DNA from: Candidatus Woesearchaeota archaeon
Lineage (GTDB): Archaea > Nanobdellota > Nanobdellia > Woesearchaeales > ARS49
Assembly (NCBI GenBank): GCA_018303245.1
Contig: JAGVYM010000047.1
Coordinates: forward strand, 1 to 36,286
Reading direction: 5' to 3'
Length of the DNA stretch: 36,286 nucleotides
A program made the position numbers and the translations under genes. The notes below the pieces were generated by a model. That model made no database searches. It was not told the origin of the DNA and saw only the letters and a program-made list of their open reading frames with translations. Positions 23,347 to 31,935 of this stretch are shown here, in pieces; within the stretch, counting starts at the first letter, position 1, and every line of letters starts with the position of its first letter.

Positions 23347-23441
23347 GCCTCTGACGGGAATTGCACCCGCGACCTCCACCTTTTTGTTGACGTTTTGTTC
23401 TTGATACCAAGGTGGCGCAATGGCTACTATGCTACAGAGGC
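23347..23441 (-). tRNA. tRNA-Thr (anticodon GGU) with a 23-nt intron; atypical D and T loops
   Basis: Minus strand: GCCUCUG-UA-GCAU-AGUAGCCA-UUGC-G-CCACC-UUGGUA[intron 23382-23404]A-GGUGG-AGGUC-GCGGG-UGCAAUU-CCCGU-CAGAGGC, discriminator U. TATA-like TTTTTAAAGG (23468-23477) lies about 30 nt upstream. The T loop has G at position 55 and the D loop lacks GG. Confidence 0.65.
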
Positions 23442-23540
23442 AATGGTGTTGTGTGGTTTGGTCGTGGTTTTTAAAGGTTTGTTTGGGGAGCGTGAATGAA
23501 AGCCGAAAAATATAAATATGTGTATACATATGTAGACTCC

Positions 23541-23777
23541 ATGGGAACAAAAACAATTGCGATCATGGATGATGTGTATGCTCTTTTGAAAGCGCTTAAA
23601 GCGCCTCATGAAAGCTTTTCAGATGCATTAAGAAGGCTTGCGAAAACAAAAGGAGATATTGTGGCTCTTGCGGGAAGCTGGGGAGATATTTCAGATAAAG
23701 ACGCGGAAAAGATAAAAAGCGCACTTATCCGTATGCGCAAAGGAACTCGCATTGACGAGTTGCGGAAACGTTTATGA
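23541..23777 (+). CDS. vapB: VapB-type antitoxin (archaeal putative-antitoxin family)
   Basis: MGTKTIAIMDDVYALLKALKAPHESFSDALRRL is the typical N-terminus of this antitoxin family. ATGA overlap with vapC. Confidence 0.8.
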   Translation: MGTKTIAIMDDVYALLKALKAPHESFSDALRRLAKTKGDIVALAGSWGDISDKDAEKIKSALIRMRKGTRIDELRKRL

Positions 23778-24157
23778 TCCTTGACACAACAATATTGATT
23801 GATTTCTTACGCGGAGAGGAACGCGCAATTCGTTTTGTTGCAGATCATTCCCCTCTATGGACAACTGAAGTGAACGTCTTTGAATTGTTTGTAGGCGCTT
23901 ACCTTGGAGGAGTTGTGCAGAAGAAAAAAGATAACGCTGGTGCATTGATTGAGCGATTGATTGTTCTGCCTCTTGATCGCAAAGCATCAATAAAGGCTGC
24001 CGAACTTGCAAGTGAGCTGATTAAAAAAGGTCTTACAGTTGAGACTGCAGATAATTTGATTGCGGGAATTGCATTGACAAATGGAATAACAGAAATAGTG
24101 ACTGCAAACAAATCACATTTTGAGCGATTCGATGAGTTGAAAGTCATTTCTTATTGA
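23774..24157 (+). CDS. vapC: VapC PIN-domain ribonuclease toxin
   Basis: MILDTTILIDFLRG (first acidic residue), FEL, ADNLIAGIAL, and TANKSHF: the PIN domain layout. Confidence 0.9.
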   Translation: MILDTTILIDFLRGEERAIRFVADHSPLWTTEVNVFELFVGAYLGGVVQKKKDNAGALIERLIVLPLDRKASIKAAELASELIKKGLTVETADNLIAGIALTNGITEIVTANKSHFERFDELKVISY

Positions 24158-25908
24158 CTTCCACGTCCCCGTTGTCCTTCAGCCAGTTCCTGGACGTCAG
24201 CAAGGGTATTAATATCATTGATTCCGCGGTCTTCTCGCATGCGTACCAGTCGTGGAAAGCGTAATGCATATCCGGAGGAGTAAGTCGGGGATTTCTGGAT
24301 TTCTTCATAATTTACTTCAATCACAATCTTGGGTTTGACCTTGACTTCGCGCCCTTTTTCTTCGGTGATGTCCGGCAAAAGCAGTTTGGTCAGTTGTCCA
24401 AAGCTAAGTCCTTCTTCCTCTTTTTCTTTAATTCCTGTTCCCACCCGTCCTATCTCAACAATTTCGTCGTCTTCATTACGCACGCCAATCATGAACGAAG
24501 CAAGCCATTTTCCCCGTTTACCCTCGCCCCATTCTGCGCCCGTAATAACAACCTCAAGTGTATCCATTGTCGGCTTGACTTTGACTCCGAATCCTACGCG
24601 AGAGCCAGGTTTGTAGACGCTATGCAAATTTTTGAGCATGATTCCTTCGTTTCCGGAAAGCAAAGATTTTTTGTAGAAAGCATCTGCTTCTGCTTCACTT
24701 TTCACCAATATTTTCTCTGACAATTTGAACGCAAGAGGAAGGGAATCAACAATGTTCTCCAAGATTTCGCGCCGTTCCTCGAACGGTGTTTTCAGAAGGC
24801 TCTTTCCATCGTAATTGATGATGTCGAAGACGTTCACCTCAACAGGGAACTTTTCCGCAAGTTCATGGATGTCGTATTTGCGCTTGATGCGCTGGCTGAT
24901 GCTTTGGAACGCAAGGTATTTTTTAGTTTTTTTGTCGATACCTGCGACTTCCGAGTCCATGATGAACCTTCCTGCACCGACATGTTTTTTCACCATCTCA
25001 ACCACATCAGGGAACTGTTCAGTCACATTCTCAAGCCTGCGTGTGAACAGCGTTATCTTTCCGTTTGTTTTGTGAATCTGCAGTCGAAAACCATCGTACT
25101 TGTATTCTGCCGCAGCAGGTGTTCCGACAGTTTCGAGTCCTTCTGCAATGGTCTTTGCCTTTTGGAAGAGCATGACTTTGACAGGTTTTCCTGGCTTGAC
25201 TTCGACATGTTCAAGTCCTTTGGCTCCTTTTTCGCGCAAGAGCTCGAACACCTCGGCGAAGTCGTTTGTCGCGTCGAACGCTTCTTGAACAAGTGTGCTG
25301 TAGTTCTCGTACACTTCGCGGTCAGGTATGGTGACTTCTTTTTCTTTCTCATCGTAAGTGATTCCTGCTTCTTTGCCGAAGAATGCCCAGATTAAAGCAT
25401 CACGGATGGTTCCGTCTCCAAGCCCGACGCGCAGTTCGCCAAGCACAGTGCGCACGATATATTTTGCTTCGATTGGTTTTGCGCTAGTCAGTAATTCTGC
25501 GACCAGTTGGACTTTGCGCTCGACGCTTCCTGACCCTTCGAGTTCTGCTATTTTGTGGAGGTTGTCAAACACTTTTTTGACCGTGAGCGCGCTTGAGAAT
25601 AGCGATGATTGACTTTTTTTCTGCATAAGTTTTTCAGCTGTTTTTCCTAAGTCTCCTGTTTCTTTCCACAGACCACCCAATTTTTCTGTTGATGCTCCGC
25701 TCGCCAAGGCGATTGCTTTCACGACCAGTTTATTTGCCATTCCAAGTTCGCGCTGGTCCCAATTGGGAAACACTCTTCCCTGAACTAAAATAATGACTGC
25801 TGGGTCGTCTGCAGTTTTCAAAAATTGTGCGACCAAGTGGGTCTTTTCAAGCCGCTTGGTGGTATTTTCCAGCGTTTGGTAGACGTCAGCGAGCTTTTCG
25901 TACTTCAT
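24151..25908 (-). CDS. lig: ATP-dependent DNA ligase
   Basis: 585 aa. Adenylation motif I EYKYDGFR, plus DSEVAG, EGIMLK, and KVKP, and a C-terminal OB domain. Confidence 0.95.
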   Translation of the reverse strand: MKYEKLADVYQTLENTTKRLEKTHLVAQFLKTADDPAVIILVQGRVFPNWDQRELGMANKLVVKAIALASGASTEKLGGLWKETGDLGKTAEKLMQKKSQSSLFSSALTVKKVFDNLHKIAELEGSGSVERKVQLVAELLTSAKPIEAKYIVRTVLGELRVGLGDGTIRDALIWAFFGKEAGITYDEKEKEVTIPDREVYENYSTLVQEAFDATNDFAEVFELLREKGAKGLEHVEVKPGKPVKVMLFQKAKTIAEGLETVGTPAAAEYKYDGFRLQIHKTNGKITLFTRRLENVTEQFPDVVEMVKKHVGAGRFIMDSEVAGIDKKTKKYLAFQSISQRIKRKYDIHELAEKFPVEVNVFDIINYDGKSLLKTPFEERREILENIVDSLPLAFKLSEKILVKSEAEADAFYKKSLLSGNEGIMLKNLHSVYKPGSRVGFGVKVKPTMDTLEVVITGAEWGEGKRGKWLASFMIGVRNEDDEIVEIGRVGTGIKEKEEEGLSFGQLTKLLLPDITEEKGREVKVKPKIVIEVNYEEIQKSPTYSSGYALRFPRLVRMREDRGINDINTLADVQELAEGQRGRGSQ

Positions 25909-25947
25909 GGTGAATTGAAGAGAAAGAGGGTATTTATGGGTTGTGGA

Positions 25948-26310
25948 TTATGACCTGCGGTACCCAAGGTACCATTCATGACAGCAGTGCATCACGTCAA
26001 ATTTTGTTCCGTTGTACGAGAATTGTGCTCTGTCACGAAGCCAACTTGCACCTAAGTATAAGTGTTTAACATCTTTGGCGCCAAGTGATGCAATTGCTAA
26101 TTCTAGTAAGTTAGGGTAGTTGTCGGGCCAAATGCCTATATCAATATCTTTGTAGTCTGAAGTCACAAGGGCGCTTCCCGAGAGTCTAATAGTGAGTTCT
26201 GGTCGTGTTAGCTTGTCAAGTACATCTTTGAGGTTTTGAGCGTCCTTTGGTTTGATGTGTGGGAATTGCTCGCACACTTCTTTTGCAGGGTCATATACTT
26301 GCACTGTCAT
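25948..26310 (-). CDS. minimal nucleotidyltransferase-fold protein
   Basis: RLSGSALVTSDYKDIDIGI fits the GS...D(I/L)D pattern of MNT-type nucleotidyltransferases. Confidence 0.5.
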   Translation of the reverse strand: MTVQVYDPAKEVCEQFPHIKPKDAQNLKDVLDKLTRPELTIRLSGSALVTSDYKDIDIGIWPDNYPNLLELAIASLGAKDVKHLYLGASWLRDRAQFSYNGTKFDVMHCCHEWYLGYRRS

Positions 26311-26364
26311 GTTTTAACGTTTAATCCGAATTGTTTTTAATGATTGTTGTGAAGAAGAATATAA

Positions 26365-26959
26365 TCAATTTTTGCTTGCGCTCGCAGTTGAATAATTAGT
26401 GGTAACGCTGCCATGCCTCTCTTTCGCGATTTCTGCAAGTGCTTTGTAGTCTGCGTTGCCCGGCTCGCATTTGAGCAAATCGCCATAGTACTGCATGAGT
26501 GTTCCTTCCACGTCATATTCTGCTGCCAGATGGTCATCAAAGTTTCTGCCTTTTTGGCTCAAGTGTACGTTCTCATGGTCGAACACATATCGCCGAGCAA
26601 CGTTTTGTGAGACTCCGATAATTGGTGAGTTGTTTTCCTTCACTGTTAAAGTATGTTCTGGCATAATCTGCAAAACTGCTGTCGCGTCCAAGCCCGATCC
26701 GTGCCTTATGATAAGGGACGGGTTCGTCGACTACAGGAATGTTTTTCTTGAGCTGTCCAATGAGGTCGTGGCACTCGCACGTACAGGCAGAGCTTCCTGC
26801 AAGTTCTTTTCTGTTTTGGAGTATTTGTTGTTTGACTGTAGAACCACTCGAATACATTGAATGGGTCCGTTCAGTAGGAGCATGTGCGGGGCCACAGAGC
26901 ATACAATTTGCTCCAGATATTCCTGTTCTCGAATTCCCTGCATAGGATGTTAAAGTCAT
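26365..26959 (-). pseudogene. Cys-rich/HEXXH-motif protein gene, apparently frameshifted
   Basis: Two same-strand ORFs (26573-26959 and 26365-26691) overlap by 119 nt in different frames. The upstream part has CMLCG and CTCEC. The downstream part has FDHENVHLS (HEXXH). The family is not recognised. Confidence 0.35.
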
Positions 26960-27076
26960 AATTGGAGAGAAAAGACGTGTAAAAATAAAAAGTTTTGTGA
27001 CAGAAAAGTCATTGCAGGAGTTTAGGCGTCCTGTTGTGAATTACAAAAATCGCAGGGTTCCTGTCCAAGTCTTCTG

Positions 27077-27277
27077 GTGCGTTATTTTGAGCACAAAATG
27101 GGAAAACTGAAAAAACCATTTATTGACAAAGTACTCGCGGAATTCAATGTGAAACCAGAAGAAGTTTTGTTTGTTGACGATTTCCCCGGGAATGTTGAAA
27201 AAGCGAAATTGTTTGGAATGAACGCAATACAATTTACTGAACTGAACGAACTCAAACAGTATCTGAAACTAAGCTAA
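27077..27277 (+). pseudogene. C-terminal fragment of a HAD-superfamily hydrolase
   Basis: GKLKKPFIDKVLAEFNVKPEEVLFVDDFPGNVEKAKLFGMNAIQF covers HAD motifs III-IV only. The motif I (DxD) region is absent upstream. GTG start. Confidence 0.5.
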
Positions 27278-27384
27278 GCTTTTATACTTTCAACTTCTAC
27301 GAATGACTATGACTAGCACCTGTGTTTTTTGTGTCATTGAGCCATATCAATAGCTCAAATTTGATTGAGTGCACGCCGGTGTGT

Positions 27385-27894
27385 TCACTTCAAAAAATCT
27401 GATTTATGCTCGTAGAGCCATCGATAGCACACGTCGAGCTGCGGGTGAATCTTCTCGCCGTTTGTTACCAGTTTGAATGCGTCATCTAAATCTATGAATT
27501 CTCCGCTGGCAACCTCACCATCCGCGAAATTGAATCCATCTTCTGCGAAAGCAACAAAGAGTTCTATGAATCTTTTGTGCCCATCTGAAGTAAAGAGCAG
27601 AGAATTCATTTTGTGGACTGGAACTTTTAACCCGAGTTCTTCACCCATTTCGCGTTTGGCTGCATCTTCGTATGATTCTCTTGATTTGACATGTCCTCCT
27701 GCGCTTGTGCAGTAGTAGCCTGGAAGGAATGATTTTGTTTCTGCACGTTTCTGGAAATAAACTTGCTTTGTTTTTGGATGTATTACAAAAACGTGCACGA
27801 TGCGATGATTAAGTTTTTTCACGTAAATTTCCTCCTGTGTTGTTTTTCCAGTCACTTCGTTTTTGTCGTTAACGATGTCCATATATTCGCCCAT
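27385..27894 (-). CDS. NUDIX hydrolase
   Basis: Nudix box GGHVKSRESYEDAAKREMGEELGL. GGAGG-like SD upstream. Confidence 0.85.
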   Translation of the reverse strand: MGEYMDIVNDKNEVTGKTTQEEIYVKKLNHRIVHVFVIHPKTKQVYFQKRAETKSFLPGYYCTSAGGHVKSRESYEDAAKREMGEELGLKVPVHKMNSLLFTSDGHKRFIELFVAFAEDGFNFADGEVASGEFIDLDDAFKLVTNGEKIHPQLDVCYRWLYEHKSDFLK

Positions 27895-28181
27895 TTTTTC
27901 CCTCCCTCAACTCTTTTATCAGTATCTCTTTTAAGGTGTCTTCTATCTTCTCTTTCGACGTATCTGTTAGGCAATATGGGCATTTGCATTATCTCCTTTT
28001 CATATCTCTGCTTTCTATTCCAGAGTTTCTGAAAGGAACTGTCCTGACGATCGACACGTTCCTTTGAAGCAGCATATGCTCGTTCGTGCCATACTATATC
28101 ATCAACCGATATAAAGATGTGTGCCTTAATATCAAAGAAGTCTTGAACAACAGGCAGTTGTTCACCCTTGCAAAAAAGCAA
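27852..28181 (-). CDS. hypothetical protein (weak)
   Basis: TTG-start ORF that overlaps the Nudix start by 43 nt. No recognised motif. Confidence 0.25.
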   Translation of the reverse strand: MLFCKGEQLPVVQDFFDIKAHIFISVDDIVWHERAYAASKERVDRQDSSFQKLWNRKQRYEKEIMQMPILPNRYVEREDRRHLKRDTDKRVEGGKKWANIWTSLTTKTK

Positions 28182-28209
28182 GGAGCTTGGTTTTAAAGTC
28201 AGGCACGAT

Positions 28210-28623
28210 TCAAAAAAGTAACCACTTCGGCAGTACTGGCTTGATTAAGAGCAACAAGTAGGGTGCTGCGACAACAAGTGCTCCAACAAGGATGCTGTGG
28301 AACCACGTTTCTCCGCCGCCACTTATTCCTGTTGCAGTTTTTGCCTTGCTGACTGCATGGATTTTTATTGCAGCCAATAGCCCAACAGCAATTTGCAACC
28401 CGATTGCGTTTCCAAGTACAGGAATTTTAGCAAGAAAGGGAAGAAGTGAAAGTACATATGCTGCGTTTATTGAACAAAATACAAAGAGTATTGAAAGCAG
28501 AATTGCGTGGACCGTGTGACCAGCACGATGAATGGGAAGCGTGACATCGCGATGGATAACTATTGTTTCATAAATTCCAATGATTAATCCAAATAACAAT
28601 GCAGGACCTATTGAAAGTTCCAC
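28210..28623 (-). CDS. integral membrane protein (4 TM), unknown function
   Basis: Hydrophobic ORF. The start is placed at the GTG at 28623, preceded by a GAGGTGA SD. TATA-like TTTAAA near 28660-28671. Confidence 0.55.
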   Translation of the reverse strand: MELSIGPALLFGLIIGIYETIVIHRDVTLPIHRAGHTVHAILLSILFVFCSINAAYVLSLLPFLAKIPVLGNAIGLQIAVGLLAAIKIHAVSKAKTATGISGGGETWFHSILVGALVVAAPYLLLLIKPVLPKWLLF

Positions 28624-28735
28624 GTGTTCACCTCTTTTCAAAAACAAGAAACACCGTACCATTTAAAACTTTGTAAAGTATTGTCGTAAAGTCCGGCGCA
28701 ATGTTTATATAGAACGCGCACGCTACTTGCTGCTA

Positions 28736-28954
28736 ATGAAAAGGGGCAAAGCTACACGTGATGTACATCATGCAAACAAAGAGTTTGAAGAGGCAGTAAA
28801 ATTTCTTTACAAATCAACTGAAGACTACTTGCACGCAGCACTCGAACTTGCAAAACTTCAAGGCAGTAAGAAGTTACGAAAAGTGAAACCTCACATATTG
28901 CAAATTGCAAAACAAGCAGATGAACTCTACAAAACGCACGTGAGGAAGAAATAA
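28736..28954 (+). CDS. small alpha-helical protein, unknown function
   Basis: The ATG at 28736 is 29 nt downstream of the TATA-like TTTATATA (28704-28711). The next gene starts 2 nt after its stop. Confidence 0.45.
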   Translation: MKRGKATRDVHHANKEFEEAVKFLYKSTEDYLHAALELAKLQGSKKLRKVKPHILQIAKQADELYKTHVRKK

Positions 28955-28955
28955 A

Positions 28956-29633
28956 ATGGGACTGCTTAGCATATTTAGTAAAAAGGTGAATAATTTTGAG
29001 CAGTACACTGCAGACTTGGAGCGATTAAAGCAAGAAGAAAGTGAAACCGAAGTTGAAGAGGAGAAAGTTGTCCAGAGCGAGGGCCAGATATTACAACAGA
29101 TCTATCAATTAACTGACAAAAAGGCAAAAATTGTTGGAAGCCAGGGAGCGTATTTCAAAGCCACTTCGGCAACAATCGATGCGATGAAAAACCTTTCTCT
29201 TGGTTTTGGAAATGCATTTCGCGCCATCGGTTTCAAACCCAAAATGGCTCTTTTCAGACTTGGCGCTGCAAAACAAGTTCTATTTGGAGGCAGCAGCCAA
29301 GACGCAATGGCTATTGCTGACGCAAATATTGCGGAAATGGGGAAAAAAGTCGACCAAATGAATATGGCGTTGAGACTTGAAAAAGCACAAAGCAATCCTG
29401 TTTTTCAAATCTGCATTGACAAAATAGGAATTGTTAATCAGCAAAAACAGCTCCTGAAGACCTTGACTGCATATCTTAACAGCGAAAAAAAGAAAATTGA
29501 ACAGGAGGCACAGAAAGCCGAGAAAATTGTTGAAGAACTCCAAGAGGAATTTGATAACATTCGCATGGATGTCGAGATAATCAAAGCAAAACGCAAAACC
29601 GCGCAGGACAGACTCTACAAGCGGGCAGCGTGA
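28956..29633 (+). CDS. coiled-coil protein, unknown function (weak resemblance to the PspA/ESCRT-III superfamily)
   Basis: 225 aa. N-terminus MGLLSIFSKK followed by long heptad-like E/K/Q-rich helices. Confidence 0.5.
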   Translation: MGLLSIFSKKVNNFEQYTADLERLKQEESETEVEEEKVVQSEGQILQQIYQLTDKKAKIVGSQGAYFKATSATIDAMKNLSLGFGNAFRAIGFKPKMALFRLGAAKQVLFGGSSQDAMAIADANIAEMGKKVDQMNMALRLEKAQSNPVFQICIDKIGIVNQQKQLLKTLTAYLNSEKKKIEQEAQKAEKIVEELQEEFDNIRMDVEIIKAKRKTAQDRLYKRAA

Positions 29634-29679
29634 TTTTTTGTCGAAAACTTTATAAATGCACTATTGAGTGTTACCACTT

Positions 29680-30279
29680 ATGAGTTTAGTACCTGACTAT
29701 CGAAAGGAATACGAAATACCTGACTACCAAAAACAGTACGAAGGAATTCTCCATAGAGTAGATAGTAATCCGCTTCCAAAAGCAGCGTTTGAAAAAATTC
29801 TTTCACTTCACCAGGACAGCCCATTCAAGCCAGTGCCTGCGATAATCGATGCGCAAAGTCAGCAAGTAATCGGTAAACTAGAGCAGGATTTACTCGCGTT
29901 GCGCCGAGTAGCAGAAGATGGAAGAGCTGACCCTTGGGCTGCGTACTGCGCCGAATGGAGTGCACAGGGAAAAGCGTTCTACGCCTGCAAGCTTGATGAA
30001 ACAATCGCACAGCCTGAAGACATCATCAAAACATATATCGCGTATGGAAGGTTGAACGCGTCATATGGTTGGAGACTTGGTGGGAGCACACAAAAAGTTA
30101 GACGACAGCAACGATTCAAAGGATGGCCGCGATTGCAAGCACTCGCAAACGCATTTATGATAGGATTTGACTCTAAAATAGATGATGATTGGGTTAAGCT
30201 ATCGGTTTATGCGAAAGAAAGATTCCCTGAAGTTAACCCTAAGCACAAGAAATACGATTCTATTTCAAAACATGCTTAA
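29680..30279 (+). CDS. hypothetical protein
   Basis: The ATG at 29680 is 27 nt downstream of TTTATAAAT (29649-29657). No recognised motif. Confidence 0.55.
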   Translation: MSLVPDYRKEYEIPDYQKQYEGILHRVDSNPLPKAAFEKILSLHQDSPFKPVPAIIDAQSQQVIGKLEQDLLALRRVAEDGRADPWAAYCAEWSAQGKAFYACKLDETIAQPEDIIKTYIAYGRLNASYGWRLGGSTQKVRRQQRFKGWPRLQALANAFMIGFDSKIDDDWVKLSVYAKERFPEVNPKHKKYDSISKHA

Positions 30280-30787
30280 CTTTTCGTGTTGACCTTGCGG
30301 AATCAATCCATTTGCAAAACTTCTCAATTTGGCGATACAGTTTTTTGTGCTCTGAGGAAAGCTCCCGCATACTTTCTTTTGCCAACTGTTCAAACCCTTT
30401 TGGCAGTTTCTCAGGTAATTCATCAAATGACCTGACGATTTTGTCAGAATACGTTTGAAAAAACGGATTTATCCACACTTTGCCGTTTCTTGGTTCGTGC
30501 GCGTGAAGACGTAAAGGGAGAACGGTGAGCACTGCTTTTCCAGCCTCTTTGGCACAGGTCATCAGAACAATCGTTTCGCGGTCTAATTCCTGCTCTGCAT
30601 TGACAACGACCACATCAGCCTGGCGGATTAAGTCTACTTCATGAGCCACTGTGTCTTTTGCTCGATCATTTTTTACAAGTAATTGAACATCATGCCGTTT
30701 TGCAATAAGTTGCTCTTTTTCTTCACGCCAAGAACCTTCAGGTCCAATCAGTCGTACTTTTAGTTTTTTCTTCGCCATTGTAATCAA
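30260..30787 (-). CDS. hypothetical protein with weak nucleoside 2-deoxyribosyltransferase-like similarity
   Basis: IRQADVVVVNAEQELDRETIVLMTCAKEAGKAV resembles the NDT-family core, but the catalytic Glu is not evident. Confidence 0.4.
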   Translation of the reverse strand: MITMAKKKLKVRLIGPEGSWREEKEQLIAKRHDVQLLVKNDRAKDTVAHEVDLIRQADVVVVNAEQELDRETIVLMTCAKEAGKAVLTVLPLRLHAHEPRNGKVWINPFFQTYSDKIVRSFDELPEKLPKGFEQLAKESMRELSSEHKKLYRQIEKFCKWIDSARSTRKVKHVLK

Positions 30788-30793
30788 GTGTAG

Positions 30794-31120
30794 TTATTTT
30801 TTCTGTACTTTCCAGCTGCAAAAGGTGGGGAGTTTTGAATATATTTTGTATCTTACTAGGTCAATTTTCTTTGCGTTTGGAGTGGCTTTAGCGTCAACGT
30901 AGTCAAGAATTTCGAACTTGTTTTTGATAATTGTTCCTATGACTGTTTGCAAAGTTCTGTGAACTTTGATGACTGGTTGTCCGCTCCAGTTTTCGTACCT
31001 AGTGCCTTCTTTGAAGTAATCTCCAAACACCCTTCCTTTATCACGAGAATGACCAAGGAGCCGATATTCTTTTCCCGCAATCTTTACTTTTTCGCGTATG
31101 GAAAAGAGTGGATTTGGCAT
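30794..31120 (-). CDS. hypothetical protein
   Basis: 108-aa ATG ORF. No recognised motif. Its 5' end overlaps the ProRS-fragment ORF on the opposite strand. Confidence 0.45.
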   Translation of the reverse strand: MPNPLFSIREKVKIAGKEYRLLGHSRDKGRVFGDYFKEGTRYENWSGQPVIKVHRTLQTVIGTIIKNKFEILDYVDAKATPNAKKIDLVRYKIYSKLPTFCSWKVQKK

Positions 31121-31490
31121 TCAACGATGTTTTCATGCAACGATGGAAATCTACAAGGACGAACACGGCATTAACTTTCCAGCAAGCATAAGACCATTTG
31201 ATGTTTCAGTCATTGTAATGAATCCAGAAGATGATAATCAAATGAGAAAGGGAGTTCGTTGTTATGACGCATTAATTGGTACTGGAAAGAAAACAGTGCT
31301 AGATGATCGTCATGGAAAAACACTAAAAGAAAAAGTAGAACTTTCTGACTTTTATGGAATTCCAGTAAAATTAGTGATCGGCAGAAAAGAAGCACAAACT
31401 GATTCTGTTACGATTAAACAAAGAGAAAATGAAGAAGGAAAACTAGTTACTTTTGAACCACAAATAGTGGAGGCATATCTCAATGGATAA
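31098..31490 (+). pseudogene. stand-alone class II aaRS anticodon-binding domain, resembling the C-terminus of bacterial-type ProRS
   Basis: GFGIQRCFHATMEIYKDEHGINFPASIRPFDVSVIVMN ... VLDDRHGKTLKEKVELSDFYGIPVKLVIGRKE follows the pattern GIGVSRL..AIIE..D..GI.WP..IAPF.V.I...N ... LDDR...G.K..D..LIGIP. The catalytic domain is absent upstream. Confidence 0.55.
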
Positions 31491-31914
31491 TTGTCTTTTC
31501 TGCGGAATTGCAGATAAAAAAATTCCAGGTTACGTGATTTACGAAGACGATAAACATATTGCCGTTCTTGATATTTATCCTGCCGTCAGAGGGCAGTCGT
31601 TAGTATTACCCAAGAAACATTTTGGAAGTTATGTTTTTGAAATGGGAAAAGATGATTATCTTGCATTGATGATTGCTTCTAGAAACGTGGCCAAGTTAAT
31701 CGATGAAAAACTGGGGGCTTTAAGGACGTGCATGGTTATGGAAGGAATGGAAGTAGATCACGCCCATATTAAGTTGTATCCAATTCACGAAGTCCTCACA
31801 AACATCGCTCCTGAAACAATTGACTTGAACAAGTATCCGGGATACATTAGCACAAAACACGGAGAGCGAATGAGCAATTCTGACTTGGAAATAATACTCG
31901 CAAGATTTAAATAA
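31483..31914 (+). CDS. HIT family protein (HinT-like) with a variant triad
   Basis: CLFCGI N-terminus. The triad region reads DHAHIKLYP, i.e. HxHxK instead of HxHxH. There is an 8-nt overlap with the upstream ORF. Confidence 0.8.
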   Translation: MDNCLFCGIADKKIPGYVIYEDDKHIAVLDIYPAVRGQSLVLPKKHFGSYVFEMGKDDYLALMIASRNVAKLIDEKLGALRTCMVMEGMEVDHAHIKLYPIHEVLTNIAPETIDLNKYPGYISTKHGERMSNSDLEIILARFK

Positions 31915-31935
31915 GTACTAGTAACCCTCTTTCAT

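Noticed and set aside
23137-23609. ORFs 23137-23499(+), 23260-23556(-) and 23427-23609(-).
   Set aside because: They run through the tRNA-Thr gene and its promoter or the vapB start, have no motifs, and contradict one another. The region is better explained as the island border plus the tRNA.
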